Shown: piece after piece, positions 12,533 through 26,869 of the stretch
Numbering within the stretch: position 1 is the stretch's first letter
Layout: every line of letters begins with the position of its first letter
From: Octopus sinensis
Taxonomy: Eukaryota
Reading direction: 5' to 3'
Length of the DNA stretch: 64,000 bases
NCBI RefSeq assembly: GCF_006345805.1
Contig: NC_043013.1
Coordinates: 45,694,001-45,758,000 of the forward strand
The notes under the pieces: model-generated
Database searches by the model: none
What the model was told of the DNA's origin: nothing
Seen by the model: the letters and a program-made list of their open reading frames with translations, nothing else
Program-made: the position numbers and the translations under genes

Positions 12533-12811
12533 GTATGTGTGTGTATATGTTTGTGTGTCTGTGTTTGTCCCCCAACATCGCTTGACAACCGATGCTGGTG
12601 TGTTTATGTCCCTGTAACTTAGCGGTTCAGCAAAAGAGACCGATAGAATAAGTCCTGGGGTCGATTTGCTTGACTAAAGGTGGTGCTCCAGCATGGCCGC
12701 AGTCAAATGACTGAAACAAGTAAAAGAGTGAAAAGAGCATAGTGCCGTAATCTAAGAGCAATTACCTATAACAATGAAAATAAAGGCAAATAAACAACAG
12801 AATTGTTACTA

Positions 12812-12991
<180 letters not shown>

Positions 12992-13197
12992 TCAGTTTGA
13001 TGCTGTAGTTAACCCTTTAGCATTCAGATTACTGTGTTAAGTGTAAATCATATCATTTTGAATTAATCCTGCATTATCCTGTGGCTTTGAGATTTTGATG
13101 GTGTGATTGCTTATTTTTGGAAAGACACCCTAGAGGGTGTGAGAGGCCAGATACGACTGTTTTGAAGATAAAATGAGTAGAATATTTGGGTTGGTAT

Positions 13198-13400
13198 AGG
13201 GTGGCGAGCTGGCAGAAACGTTAGCACGCCGGGCGAAATGCATAGCCGTATTTCGTCTGTCGTTGCGTTCTGAGTTCAAATTCCGCCGAGGTCGATTAAA
13301 TTAAGTACGCACTGGAGTCGATGTAATCGACTTAATCCCTTTGTCTGTCCTTGTTTGTCCCCTCTGTGTTTAGCCCCTTCTGGGTATTAAAGAAATATAT
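13198..13400 (+). mobile_element. SINE family A (tRNA head GGCGAGCTGGCAGAAACGTTAGCACGCCGGGCGAAATGC; octopus OK/MetaSINE-like)
   Basis: At least 20 related copies in the window, e.g. about 390-660(-), 4170-4410(-), 10505-10730(-), 13970-14203(-), 15341-15572(+), 19220-19660(+), 27430-27610(-), 37032-37266(+), 51685-51900(+), 60585-60790(-); core GCCTTTCATCCTTTCGGGGTCGATAAA; family name is from memory. Confidence 0.85.
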
Positions 13401-14720
13401 GGCTAGTTCAAATGTGAAAGGGTTAATGGTGTAAAAGATGGATGGGCATATTAAGCATTCTCCAATTTCAGCAATGCATCCTCCTCTTCCTCCTCCTCCA
13501 CTTCCACCTTCTTTTCCATGCTGGCATGGGTTGGATGGTTTGACCAGAGCTGGCAAGCAAGAGAGCTGCACCCGGTTCCAGTCTGATCTGGTTTGGTTTC
13601 CACAGCTGGATGCCCTTCCTAATGCCAACCACTTTACAGAGTGAGTATGCTGGGTGCTTTTTATGTGGCATTGGTATGGGTGCTTCTATGCGGTGCTGGC
13701 ATGGGTGCTTTTACATGATGCTGGCATGAGGGCGTTTAAGCGGCACCAGCATGAGGGCTTTTTACATGGCACTGGCAAAGGGCTCTTTGCAGGCCAATCC
13801 TTTCCAGCAGGGGGAATGGCATTATCATGTTTGCTGTGGAGGATGGGTCTTCTTGAGTACAGCAAGGCACCAGATATCTTGGTCCTTCATCATCTCCCCC
13901 ATAAGGTTCAGTGTTCTGAGATTGTCCTTCAGTATTTTGTCCATATTTAGTGCATTAAAGCATATAATACCTATTTCTTTACTACCCACAAGGGGCTAAA
14001 TATAGAGGGGACAAACAAGGACAGACAAATGGATTAAGTCGATTACATCGACACCAGTGCGAAACTGGTACTTTATTTATCGACCCCGAAAGGATGAAAG
14101 GCAAAGTCGACCTCGGCGGAATTTGAACTCAGAACGTAACGTCAGACGAAATACCGCTAAGCATTTCGCCCGGGGCGCTAACGTTTCTGCCAGCTCGCCA
14201 CCTTATAATATAGGCCCAACTTTGCACATAAGGCCTGGGGTAGATTTTGTGATAAATTTTTGAAAAAAGAAACAAAAAGTATCTTACATGCCATCAAATA
14301 TAATATATATCTATGAAGGTATATTAGGATAAATGTTCCTTCTCGAGCCATGCCAGGCTCATAAGGGCCGGTTTCCTGGTTTCAGTGGCGTAGAAATTCC
14401 CCACCAGGATGGGACGCCAGTCCATCGCAGCGTTACTCATTTTTGCCAGCTGAGTGGACTGGAGCAACGTGAAGTGAAGTGTTTTGCTCAAGAACACAAC
14501 GCATCGCCCGGTCCAGGAATCGAAACCACAACCTTACGATCATGAGTTCAACACCCTAACCACTAAGCCACGTGCCTCCACTTGAAGGTATATTGATGAA
14601 AAGATATACTGTTGTTTCTGGACAGAACACTTTAATTTATATGACTTCCACCTCGAAATGGGAATAGGAAGCAAGTAATATGGGAATATTTAACTTCCCA
14701 TACCTTATACTTTTCAGCCT

Positions 14721-15090
14721 TTAACCCTTTCGTTACTATATTTCTGACCAAAGTACACCCCTCATGAGTTCCAATTAAATTCTAAAATAATCATGAATCT
14801 AGGCTCGTTTCGTTAAATAACTGTAACTTTCTTACTTATAAACATATTAATGTGGAAAAAAATCTCCCAAAATTCAGGGAATTAAAATTACACGTCGATC
14901 GTTGTACAAAACTGTAGATGAACTGTTTACGAAACATAATCACGTGTTTTCATGAATGTACTAAAGAGATTTGCTCTGATATTCTCATTTAAATATGAAT
15001 AGGTAAATTCGGGCGGGTTTGGTCGGTTTGGTCACATTGACCAAAATTTTTTTCAGGCGGCTTTGGGCGGTTTGGTAACGAAAGGGTTAA
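14721..15090. mobile_element. piggyBac-type MITE
   Basis: TTAA target duplication and perfect 12-bp TIR CCCTTTCGTTAC; related MITEs at 30983-31363 and 46247-46467. Confidence 0.85.
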
Positions 15091-15140
15091 TCAGACCCAC
15101 CCTCCTTTGATCCAATGAAGAAATCTCATTAAGATCTTAC

Positions 15141-15256
15141 CCATGGCACCAGCCAACGCATTGCCATGCCGCCACCAGTTTTGCTGTCCTTTTTACGATT
15201 TCTTTGTAGAAGTTCAAATACATTTGCTGTTTGTCATTCTGATGTTCTGACCAGAT
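15141..15256 (-). CDS. SELENOO: SelO exon 5
   Basis: IWSEHQNDKQQMYLNFYKEIVKRTAKLVAAWQCVGWCHG; AG/GTAAGA; 116 nt. Confidence 0.96.
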
Positions 15257-15810
15257 CTGAGAGACAGGAATAAATCAGAGAGTAAAATGCAATATCAATT
15301 CAAAACAAATAGAAAAACAATATAAGAATATAAGAAAATAAGGTGGCGAGCTGGCAGAACCGTTAGCACGCCGGGCGAAATGCGTAGCTGTATTTTGTCT
15401 GCTGTTACGTTCTGAGTTCAAATTCCGCCAAGGTCGACTTTACCTTTCATCCTTCTGGGGTCGATAAATTAAGTACCAGTTACGCACTGGGGTCGATGTA
15501 ATCAACTTAATCCATTTGTCTGTCCTTGTTTGTCCCCTCTATATTTAGCCCCTTGTGGGTAATAAAGAAATAAATATAAGAATATAACAAACAGCATCTA
15601 TGTTAACTGTTTTACTTGTTTCAGTCATGTGACTGTGGCCATGATGGAGCACCGCCTTTAGTTGAGCAAATCGACCCCAGGACTTGTTCTTTGTTAGCCT
15701 AGTACTTATTCCATCGGTCTCTTTTGCCGAACCACTAAGTTACAAGGACGTAAACCCGCCATCGGTTGTCAAGCGATGTTGGGGGGACAAACACAGACAC
15801 ACAAACATAT

Positions 15811-15842
<32 letters not shown>

Positions 15843-16394
15843 ATATATATATATATATATACATATATACGACGGGCTTCTTTCAGTTTCCCTCTACCAA
15901 ATTCACTCACAAGGCTTTGGTTGGCCCGAGGTTATAGTAGAAGACACTTGCCCAAGGTGCCACACAGTGGGACTGAACCTGGAACCGTGTAGTTGGTAAG
16001 CAAGCTACTTACCACACAGCCACTCCTGTGTCTATGTTAACTGTTTCTCAACAAAATATACCCAAGAAAGCAGAAAATATATAAAATTATTTAGTTTAGA
16101 ATCTTTAGTTGTACCAGGGCAATGCAATCTCTCTATTACTGGTGCCATAGTACAATGCACTTGTGCTAGTGCTATGTCAATGCAGCCATGCCAGTGGCAC
16201 ATACAAAGCACCCAGTACAACTCTGTAAAGTGGTTGGCATTAGGAAAGGCATCCAGCCATAGAAATCATGCTAAAACAGACAATTGGAGCCTGGCCATTC
16301 ATCCAATTCATGCCATCATGGAAAATGGATGTTAAATGATGACGACAATGATATATATATATATATAGGTAGAGGAGAAGAGTAATGAACTCAC

Positions 16395-16518
16395 CTCAGG
16401 ATAAAAAGACTTGACTGAATAATCCAACAACTGAAATAATAGCTCCTTGTTGCCAGTGCTGGGTCCAGATCGCTTGGTTAGATCATCTTCTTCTTTGAAA
16501 ATTTCAAATGATCCAAAC
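16395..16518 (-). CDS. SELENOO: SelO exon 4
   Basis: RFGSFEIFKEEDDLTKRSGPSTGNKELLFQLLDYSVKSFYPE; AG/GTGAGT; 124 nt. Confidence 0.96.
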
Positions 16519-18169
16519 CTTGACAAAAAAAAAAAAATTGAATCAATTTAGATACTTTAAAGAATGGATTACACACACACATGCACAAGTATAGTTGTTT
16601 ATTAATAAATATGTGATGAATATTTAATAACATTTAATAACATAAGATATCAAGGCACCACATTAAACACTCAACAAGGCGTAACTGGGCACTAAACAAT
16701 TAAATTATATTGCTCTATAGCTCATGTTTTGATTTTATAAGCTAGAAACAGAGGGGAAGTCTCTATAATCTTTGCAGATTCTCCTAAACTTGGTGGTGAA
16801 TGATACTTAAACATATATAAAGTTCATTGTTTATCCCAACTGGGCACTTTGAAAGGTATTGTCACTGCCTTTAGACAACAGAATATACCTCCAATGATAT
16901 ACAAAAAAAAATGACATATTTCATTCCATTTGGGCATAATGTGTTGTCTTATCAACCTTATTAACACTAATTTAATTATCCTATATTTAACTATACCAAC
17001 ACGGATTTAATTGTGATACCTCAGTTAGGATTCTGTTAGACAACAAACAGTTTCTGATGATTTGAAGAACTGATGAAATGAATTTGTACAATGAGGATAT
17101 TTGCTATATGTCCAAGATTTCAAAGTTTTATCTAAAGATTTATTAGTTTCATATAGGCTTATGTCATAGCTTTTAATTTGTTTTAATAACTACTTGAATG
17201 CTTTTGTGAATAGCACCAGAATCAACCAGACAAACATGTGATGTATTTCCCTGATGTGTGTATTTTATTATATTCACACATACATACAGCCAGTGTATAT
17301 ACGTGAATACAGCAAAGTTGAATCACTTACAAGCTGTCTTCACAATGACGAGGTACCACATTCAGTCCCACTACTTGGTATCTAGAGCAAGTGCCTTAAA
17401 TTCGATGACTGGTATCCGTGCTAGTGGAGCGCTAAGAACACCATCCGAGCGTGATCGTTGCCAGAGTGGTTAACTGGCTTCCGTGCCGGTGGCACGTAAA
17501 AAGCACCATTCAAGCATGATCGTTACTAATGTTGCCTTACTGGCATGAGTGAGGTCGTTGCCAGTGTCGCTGGACTGGCTCCTGTGCAGGTGGCACATAA
17601 AAAAAACTGCATTTGAGTGTGGCCATTGCCAGTACAGCCTGACTGGCCCTTGTGCTGGTGGTATGTAAAAGCACCCACTAAACTCTCGGAGTGGCTGGCA
17701 TTAGGAAGGGCATCCAGCTGTAGAAACTCTGCCAGATTAAGATTGGAGTCTGGTGCAGCCATTCATTTCGCCAGTCCACAGTCAAATCGTCCAACCCATG
17801 CTAGCATGGAAAGCGGATGTTAAACGATGATGATGATGATGATATTACTGGTAAAATCCAAGCTTTGTGAATGAAACTGCACAGAAGCCAATCAACTGGA
17901 TTTTACCTGCAATGGAAAGGTCCAGTTTTGTTGCACTGAAACACACTGATCCCACCTGAGAGTTGCATTAAGGGTATACATGTCTGTGGAATACTCAGCC
18001 ACTTGCACTCTTATTCAATGAACAGGTGGTTCAGTTGATCAAATAACTGAAAACTCACTGCCAAAACAGACAGAGATCTATTTTGATTTTGTGTGTATAA
18101 AAATGGAGATAAGACTGGATCGTGTGGATGAAAAAGCTGTGATTTTAAAAGTACACATATATATCATCA

Positions 18170-18765
18170 TCATCATCATCGTTTAACGTCCGTTTTCCGC
18201 GCTAGCATGGGTTGGACGGTTCGACCGGGGTCTGGGAAGCCAGGAGGCTGCACCAGGCTCCAGTCTGATCTGGCAGAGTTTCTACAGCTGGATGCCCTTC
18301 CTAACGTCAACCACTCCGCGAGTGTAGTGGGTGCTCTTTACGTGCCACCTGCACAGGTGCCAGGGGCGTCCAGCATCGGTCACAATTGGTTGGTGCTTTT
18401 AACGTGCCACTGGCACGAAAGCCAGCCAAGGTGGCGCTGGCATCGGCCACGTTCGGATAGTGCTTTTTACGTGCCACCTGCACAGGTGCCAGGGGGGTCC
18501 GGCATCGGCCATGTTCGGATGGTGCTTTTTATGTACCACTGGCACTGGAGCCAGTCGAGGCAGCCCTAGCCAGCCAAGGCGGCATATATATCATCATCAT
18601 CATCATCATCATTTAACGTCCGCTTTCCATGCTAGCATGGGTTGGACGGTTCAACTGGGGTCTGGGGAGCCCGAAGGCTGCACCAGGCCAGTCAGATCAG
18701 GCCAGTCAGATCTAGCAGTGTTTCTACAGATGCCCTTCCTAACGCCAACCACTCCGAGAGTGTAG

Positions 18766-18770
<5 letters not shown>
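18170..18770 (-). mobile_element. Repeat family E with RTE-type tail (GGCATTAGGAAGGGCATCCAGCTGTAGAAAC...GGACGTTAAACG(ATG)n)
   Basis: Copies at 5900-6110, 6400-6560, 13490-13760, 16170-16350, 17400-17840, 26600-26820 and 41460-41610; (CAT)n/(GAT)n tails. Confidence 0.75.
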
Positions 18771-18801
<31 letters not shown>

Positions 18802-18967
18802 GCAATGGTGATACTTCCTTTTACTCTCACTACAACATAAAATAAGCAAATAGGCCAAAAAGATGAGTTACACATTCTGGTTGATCCCCATGGTGCTTGT
18901 GAAATCCATGAAAATAATGAGAAACTAACTTTCACCCCATTTTATATTAAAGCAGTTAAGTACAAAC

Positions 18968-19113
18968 CGGAGAAACGTTGGAGCAATACGGAGGACAATC
19001 GTACATTTTTCGTGGATAGGGTTGCCCGAGTAGAAAATATCTCTTACAACTGTAGAGTCTGATGTTATACATGTTCCGGCCCTGGTGGTTGGAATACCCA
19101 GGTAATGAAAAGC
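18968..19113 (-). CDS. SELENOO: SelO exon 3
   Basis: AFHYLGIPTTRAGTCITSDSTVVRDIFYSGNPIHEKCTIVLRIAPTFLR; AG/GT; 146 nt. Confidence 0.96.
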
Positions 19114-19416
19114 CTGAAAAATAATGGGAACCTGTATAAATTTGTGTTTTGAAGTAAAAATAGCAGGAAATCAGGAAACAGAACTTTTTTTAAAATTTTT
19201 GGCTTTACTTCTTCTTCTTGCCAAGGTCGACTTTGCCTTTCATCCTCTCGGGGTCAATAACTTAACTACCAGTGAAACACTGGGGTCGATGTAATTGACC
19301 AGTCCCCTCCCCACAAATATCAGGTCTTGTGCTTTTAGTAGAAAGGATAAAAAAAAAACAAAAAATAAAATAAAACAAAATAAAACAAAACAAAACAAAA
19401 TAAATAATAATAATAA

Positions 19417-19456
<40 letters not shown>

Positions 19457-20490
19457 GCTCAGTGGTATTTCGTCTGCCGTTACGTTCTGAGTTCAAATTC
19501 CGCCGAGGTCGACTTTGCCTTTCATCCTTTCGGGGTCGATAAATTAAGTACCAGTTATGCACTGGGTTGATAAATTAAGTACCAGTTATGCACTGGGTCG
19601 ATGTAATCGACTTAATCCGTTTGTCTGTCCTCTCTGTGTTTAGCCCCTTGTGGGCAGTAAAAAAAAAAAATTATTATTATTATTATATGATTGACTTTTT
19701 CTTTGTATTTGTACAAGTTGGCTCCAAGTCTCACCCAGAGACCTCAAGAGACAACAAGTTGGAAGTTCATGTTGGTGTTATGCCTAGGGTGCCATATATT
19801 TGGTTTTGTACATAGTGTTGTTCTAAGAATGTTTAAATATTAACCCTTTGGCATTTAAACCAGCCATATCTGGCCCAAATATTCTACTTGTTTTATATTC
19901 AAACTTATTAGATCTGGCATTTCACACCTATCCTACTATGTTATTTTGAATAGAAAATAACCATATCATCCAAGATCTTGAAGCTATGAGATAGTGTATG
20001 ATTAATTCAAAACAATTTGAATGAATATGCCTTAAATTTGACAAATATCTTTTACCACAACTTCAGGTTTGACCTAAACCTTGTGAGTCAAACTGAATAG
20101 ATGGAAACTGCGTGGAAGCCTCTTAGATGGATTGTATGTGTAATTCAATCAGCCACACTTAACACATACTGTGGCTGATTCTGCTTGACTTACAGGTATA
20201 ATTTCTTACCCAAAATTTACTGCTTGACTTACAGGTATAAATGTCTGTGGAATACTCAACCACTTGCAATATAATTCAGTTAGTAGGTAGTTCAGTTGAT
20301 TAAACAATTCGAATACCATCAAATACAGTCAAACAGGAAATTTACTTTCAGACTATGACAGGAGGGAGAGTTGGCTGCTATAGCTACCCTTTGAGGATTT
20401 GTACTAATGCTACAATTTCGTGAAGTTTAGTAATTAATCAACTATGTTAGTTTTTTTGTATTTTTTTTATTTATATCAAGGTGTTTGTTA

Positions 20491-20712
<222 letters not shown>

Positions 20713-21052
20713 TTAATGCCATTTGCAAAGAATTTTTTAAAGGGAAGTAAGTGCGATTTATTTCAGTAGAGTTACCTCCCATATAACTTTCACAGTTGAT
20801 TATTGCAAGTTAACACAGAACATTGAAAACAATTACGCAACAGCCATGTCAATGAAGACCCGACATAGCAGAGGGTTGGAAATAACAGAGGAGCCATCTT
20901 CACATGATTTCTGGTCTTTATAGAAACAAAAGTGAGCTGAATGGAAAGCGACATAGTGACTTTCATGAAGGAATCTGACCTAAACATTAGTCACTGCTTC
21001 ATCTCAGGAGACATCGGTATACAATTATTTACATTTCCTTGCGATTCAATAT

Positions 21053-21840
21053 TTCTAATTTCTTTATTGTCCACAAGGGGGCTAAACGCAGAGGGGACAA
21101 ACAAGGACAGACAAAGGGATTAAGTCGATTACATCGACCCCAGTGCGTAACTGGTACTTAATTTATCGACCCCGAAAGGATGAAAGGCAAAGTCGACCTC
21201 GGCAGAATTTGAACTCAGAGTGTAATGACAGATGAAATACCTATTTCTTTACTGCCCACAAGGGGCTAAACACAGAGAGGACAAACAAGGACAGACAAAC
21301 GGATTAAGTCGATTACATCGACTCCAGTGCGTAACTGGTACTTAATTTATCGACCCCGAAAGGATGAAAGGCAAAGTCGACCTCAGCAGAATTTGAACTC
21401 AGAACGTAGCGGCAGACGAAATACCTATTTCTTTACTACCCACAAGGGGCTAAACACAGAAGGGACAAACAAGGACATACAAATGGATTAAGTCGATTAC
21501 ATCGATCCCAGTGCGTAACTGGTATTTAATTTATCGACTCTGAAAAGAGTGAAAGGCAAAGTCGACCTCAGCGGAATTTGAACTCAGAACATAATGGCAG
21601 ATGAAATACCTATTTCTTTACTACCCACAAGGGGCTAAACACAGAGGGGACAAACAAGGACATACGAACGGATTAAGTCGATTATATCGACCCCAGTGCG
21701 TAACTGGTACTTAATTTATCGACCCCGAAAGGATAAAAGGCAAAGTCGACTTCGGCGGAATTTGAACTCAGAACGTAACGGCAGACGAAATACCGCTAAG
21801 CATTTCGCCCGCCGTGCTAACGTTTCTGCCAGCTCGTGGC
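21053..21840 (-). mobile_element. Head-to-tail tetramer of SINE family A
   Basis: Four units, period 184-185 nt; only the 5'-most unit has the full head. Confidence 0.9.
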
Positions 21841-23278
21841 CTTGATATTTCAATACTTCTTCAATAGTTAATGTATCAAGTAATGGTAGAGCACTCTCTT
21901 TTGCTTTATGTCATTAGTCTGTGGCCATGCTGGGGCATCGTCCTGAAGGGTTTAATTGAACTGATCGACCCCAGTACTTTCTTTTTAAGTTTGCTATTTA
22001 TTCTATTGCTCTCTTTCGCCGAACTGCTTAGTTAATGGGATGTAAACAAACCTACACTTGTCAAATAGTGGTGGGAAGGAAACACAACACAAAGTCGCAC
22101 ACACACATAGGGCAAGGGGCTGGCAGAATTATTAGGGCAACAGGCAAAATGCTGTGAGATGTTTGTTCTGGCTCTCTGAGTTCTGAGTTCAAATTCCACA
22201 AAGGTCAACTTAGCCTTTCCTCCTGTCATGGTTGATAAAAGTATCAGTCAAGTATTAGCATTGGTGGTAACGTCTACTTTCTTACCCCAAATTTCCGGCC
22301 TATAACCACGATGTCTTTGTAAATGCTGCTAGTGTTACAAAACAGGACACTAAACTGGAAATTATTTCAGCAGCTATTTCACAAAATGTTAGTGTTGTGG
22401 AAGCACATGGTCTAGTAGTTAGAGCAGTGGACTCGTGGTCGAGGGATTGAGGGTTTGAATCTCAGACTGGGTGATGTGTGTGTTTATGACCGAAACACCT
22501 AAGCTCCACGCGGCTCCGGCAGAAGGTAATGGCGAACTTCTGCCGGCTCTTTCGCCACAACTTTCTCTCACTCTTTCCTCCTGCATCTTGCAGCTCACCT
22601 GCGACGGACCGGTGTCCTGTCAAGGTGGGGAACCTATACGCCAAGGAAACCGGGAAACCGGCCCTTATGAGCCAGGCATAGCTCGAGAAGGAACAAAAAA
22701 AATGTGTGTGTTTGTATGTGTGTGATGGGGTATAAACATGACCACAGAAAATGTACAGCAAAAAAATGTCACATGTCACAAAAGTGGAATAAAAAGGTGC
22801 AAAAATAATATGACAAATCCAGTCCTGAACCAATCTTCAAAGCATTAATTTGTTTTAGCCTTATTAGAACATTTTATTTTTGCCTTGTACACTTGTTTTA
22901 GTTGACAGTATAAACAGTGACAGTTTAGCCAAGCTAATTATTGCTAAACAAAAGAATTTAGTCCATAAAACCATTCAGTAGTAATGTTGCAATGGCAGCA
23001 ACATAGTTTTGTTTGTGAATTCCAGTAATATGTTCAAACAACACTGTTGATTATACTCAGTCTTTGCTTGGATGTAATATGCAGAAAGTATTACAAGCCT
23101 CAGCCATCTCCAGGGGCATTTGAATTTAATGATCCTGAAACCCCTCTAGTGTTTGTAAAGTCTTGCTTGCCTGAAGATTCCCCCCTGTTACACTTTCCAC
23201 TGATTTCACTCAGGTCACCAAACCTTTTGCTACATGAGCTCAAAAGTATTGTGTCAGTGATCGCAAATTCGTCACTTG

Positions 23279-23650
23279 TATTTGTATTTGTGGCGACATT
23301 CACCCTGGGCAGGTTGAGTCGGCTTCTTCTACTCATGGAAGAAGTTTCGTGGGAATATGTGGATTTCACAAGCGGTCCCCAACAATCCTGCATGTAGAGA
23401 CATCCTGTTTGCCGCAGATTGTCCGCAGACGCAAGGACAGAACGACCGAGGAGCCGCCGGTTGCCGAAACAGACACTCCGAGGATTTTCACCAGAGCCCC
23501 GTCTGCCGGGTTGTGGCCCTAATACCACTCGGTGTCAGACCAATCTGCCTTGGGTGACCCTACCAGGAACCAAAGTTCCCGACAGCATAGCTCTGACACT
23601 ACCCGTTTCCAGCGTCCCCACCATGGTGAGGAGGGGATGGACTTTGGGGA
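23279..23650. mobile_element. Short GC-rich retro-insertion resembling RTE LINE UTR sequence, with 13-bp TSD
   Basis: GCAAATTCGTCAC on both sides; (TTGTAT)n at one end; GGGTGACCCTACCAGG...GCATAGCTCT motif typical of RTE 5' UTRs (from memory). Confidence 0.6.
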
Positions 23651-24654
23651 TGCAAATTCGTCACACAAGGAATAAACTAATTTTTCAAAGAAGATATAAG
23701 AGAACTGAGTAACTTACTATAAAGTACTCGTGTACTAATAACAAAAAAAAAAAAAGGGGGACACCGGATAACTGATTTCTGAACCACTAACTACACTCTC
23801 CTTGGTGCTTTTCCAGCCCCTGTGATTCATGAACTAACCCAAACTCTACCTCAACATTTGCATTTTAGCAAGGTCTGTATGAAACATGTCTAGTGGGGAT
23901 TAACAGACCAACCTTATATTGTTTTATAAACCTAAGGACAATAGTTTCAATATACTGAAATCCATTCAACCTTATGAATGATATGGGATATTTTCAACAA
24001 GTGATGAACCAAATTATCTCACAAAGTGACCTTGAATTTACATGCTCAGATTTAGACAACATTATGGCATGTAGCAACTCTTTAGAAGATTATGACAGAA
24101 ATCTAAAGACATTAAATGTGATGTGAAGAAAATCTGAACACAAATCTTTCTAGTGAAAAGTGTGTCATCAATAAAACAAACATCAATTACTCTGATTATT
24201 GTATTTAAGAGCATAAAATAATCACCTGCTCCTGATAAGTTGCTTCCTATTAAATGCCTGAAAATTTTCAGTTTTCGAAAGAGTTGCTGGAGTGTTTACG
24301 TCCCCGTAACTTAGCGGTTTGGCAAAAGAAACTGATAGAATAAGTACTAGGCTTACAAAGAATAAGTCCTGGCATTGACTTGCTTGACTAAACGGCGGTG
24401 CTCCAGCATGGCCACAGTCAAATGTAATGGGAAGCAACTATAAGTAAGATGAGGTTCCCTGACTGATCTAGGAAAGTAATAGATCGTAATGAAAAACTGA
24501 CTTGGATTTTGACAACTCATCTAACCCATACAGGTAGGGGAAATGGATATATGAAGATAATGATAATGTTAATACTCTTAGTGAATATGTCATCTTTCTC
24601 ATTCTTCAAGAACCTGTTACTGTTTTCAAAAATATGAAAGCCGACACAGAAAAT

Positions 24655-25078
24655 ATTTACCTATTTCTTTACTTCCCACAAGGTGCTAAACACAGAGGGG
24701 ACAAACAAGGACAGACTTAGGTATTAAGTCGATTATATCGACCCTAGTGTGTAACTGGTACTTATTTAATCGACCCCGAAAGGATGAAGGGCAAAGTCGA
24801 CCTTAGCGGAATTTGAACTCAGAATGTAGCAGCAGACGAAATACCTATTTCTTAATTACCCACAAGGGGCGAAACACAGAGGGGACAAACAAGGACAGAC
24901 ACACGGATTAAGTCGATTATATCGACTCCAGTGCGTAACTGGTACTTATTTAATCGACCCCGAAAGGATGAAAGGCAAAGTCGACCTCGGCGGAAATTGA
25001 ACTCAGAACGTAGCGGCAGACAAAATACCGCTCAGCATTTCACCTGGCATGCTAATGTTTTTGCCAGCTCGCCGCCTT
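24655..25078 (-). mobile_element. SINE family A dimer with TSD GAAAATATTTACCT
   Basis: Two units; direct repeat at about 24649 and 25079. Confidence 0.85.
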
Positions 25079-26824
25079 GAAAATATTTACCTCCATACTA
25101 TTCACATCTAGATTATTTACATTTAAAAAGACTATATTAGATGCTACTTTAGTTGGAGTATTATTACAAGGACAGTGTTCTGTTACTTTTTACTCTTGTA
25201 CCCTTTCCAAAGGTGAATTGCTGTAGCCTTCTATTGAACTCCAAGATGCTAGCACAGCTGTTGAGTGTTTATACAACACTACTTCCTGGAGAGATATCTT
25301 GCTCTCATTACAGACCAACAAGGTATACAATTGATGTTTTATAAATCTTTTAAATTAACAATAACAAACGTCAAACTATTATGTTGGAAACTTCAAAGTT
25401 TCTGCCACTAGTTTTAGTTTTTTTTTTTATGTCGTGGAAAAGAGAATGCATGAGCTGATGTCTTGTCTCTAAGTTGTTTGGTTCAAACAGATAATAAGTT
25501 TCTTCAATGCATTCACAATAAATTCTGTCACCTATGTCTGAGAAGATTGTTACACATGTAAATAAGCATAGGAGTGGCTGTGTGGTAAGTAGCTTGTTTA
25601 CGAACCACATGGTTCTGGGTTCAGTCCCACTGCATGGCACCTTGGGCAAGTGTCTTCTATAGCCTCGGGCCGGCCAAAGCCTTGTGAGTGGATTTGGTAG
25701 ACAGAAACTGAAAGAAAGCCATCGTATATATGTGTGTGTGTGTGTGTGTTTGTGTGTCTGTGTTTGTCCCACCTAACATCGCTTGACAACCGATGCTGGA
25801 GTGTTTACGTCCCCGTAACTTAGCGGTTTAGCAAAAGAGCCCGATAGAATAACTACTAGGCTTACAAAGAATAAGTCCTGGAGTTGACTTGCTTGACTAA
25901 AAGGCAAGTGCTCCAGCATGGCCACAGTCAAATGACGGAAACAAGTAAAAGAGTAAAGATAAACGACAAAACACAACTAAAAAAAAAACACTTTCCATTT
26001 TCTATTAAAGAGTTTCAAAAAATCTGTTATGGTTACTCTTTTACTTGTTTCAGTCATTTGACTGTGGCCATGCTGGAGCACCGCCTTTAGTCGAGCAAAT
26101 CGACCCCAGGACTTATTCTTTGAAAGCCTAGTACTAATTCTATCGGTCTCCTTTGCCGAACAGCTAAGTTACGGGGACTCACAAGGCTTTGGTCGGCCCG
26201 AGGCTATAGTAGAAGACACTTGCCCAACGTGCCATGCAGTGGGACTGAACCTGGAATCATGTAGTTCATAAGCAAGCTACTTACCACACAGCCATTCCTA
26301 TGCCTAAATATATTCTAAACTAAACCTAAGTTTTACACTTCTACAAATCAACATTTTGTAAAGATTATTCAGGGGATAGAATATATTTCCTTGGTTTCTG
26401 TGGGAGACAAACAGTTGGTATCTTGCAAGAAATATCTTTGAGAGGTGTTTGATGAATACTTATGTTACCTTTTTGTTCTTTCTTGCACTGATATCTCTTA
26501 AACCATTATTAGATGGATCAAACAGCTATTTTCTGTAGTTGGGACTCCTAACGACATACACACAGATAAAAGAGTTCAATTTATGTGTAAAGAAGCCCGT
26601 CGTATATATATCATCATCATCATCATTTAGCGTCCGCTTTCCATGCTAGCATGGGTTGGACGGGTCAACTGGGGTCTGTGAAGCTGGAAGGCTTCGTCAG
26701 GCCCAGTCAGATCTGGCAGTGTTTCTACGGCTGGATGCCCTTCCTAACGCCAACCACTCCGCGAGTGTAGTGGGTGTTTTTTACGTGCCACCTGCACAGG
26801 TGCCAGACAGAGCTGGCAAACGGC

Positions 26825-26869
<45 letters not shown>

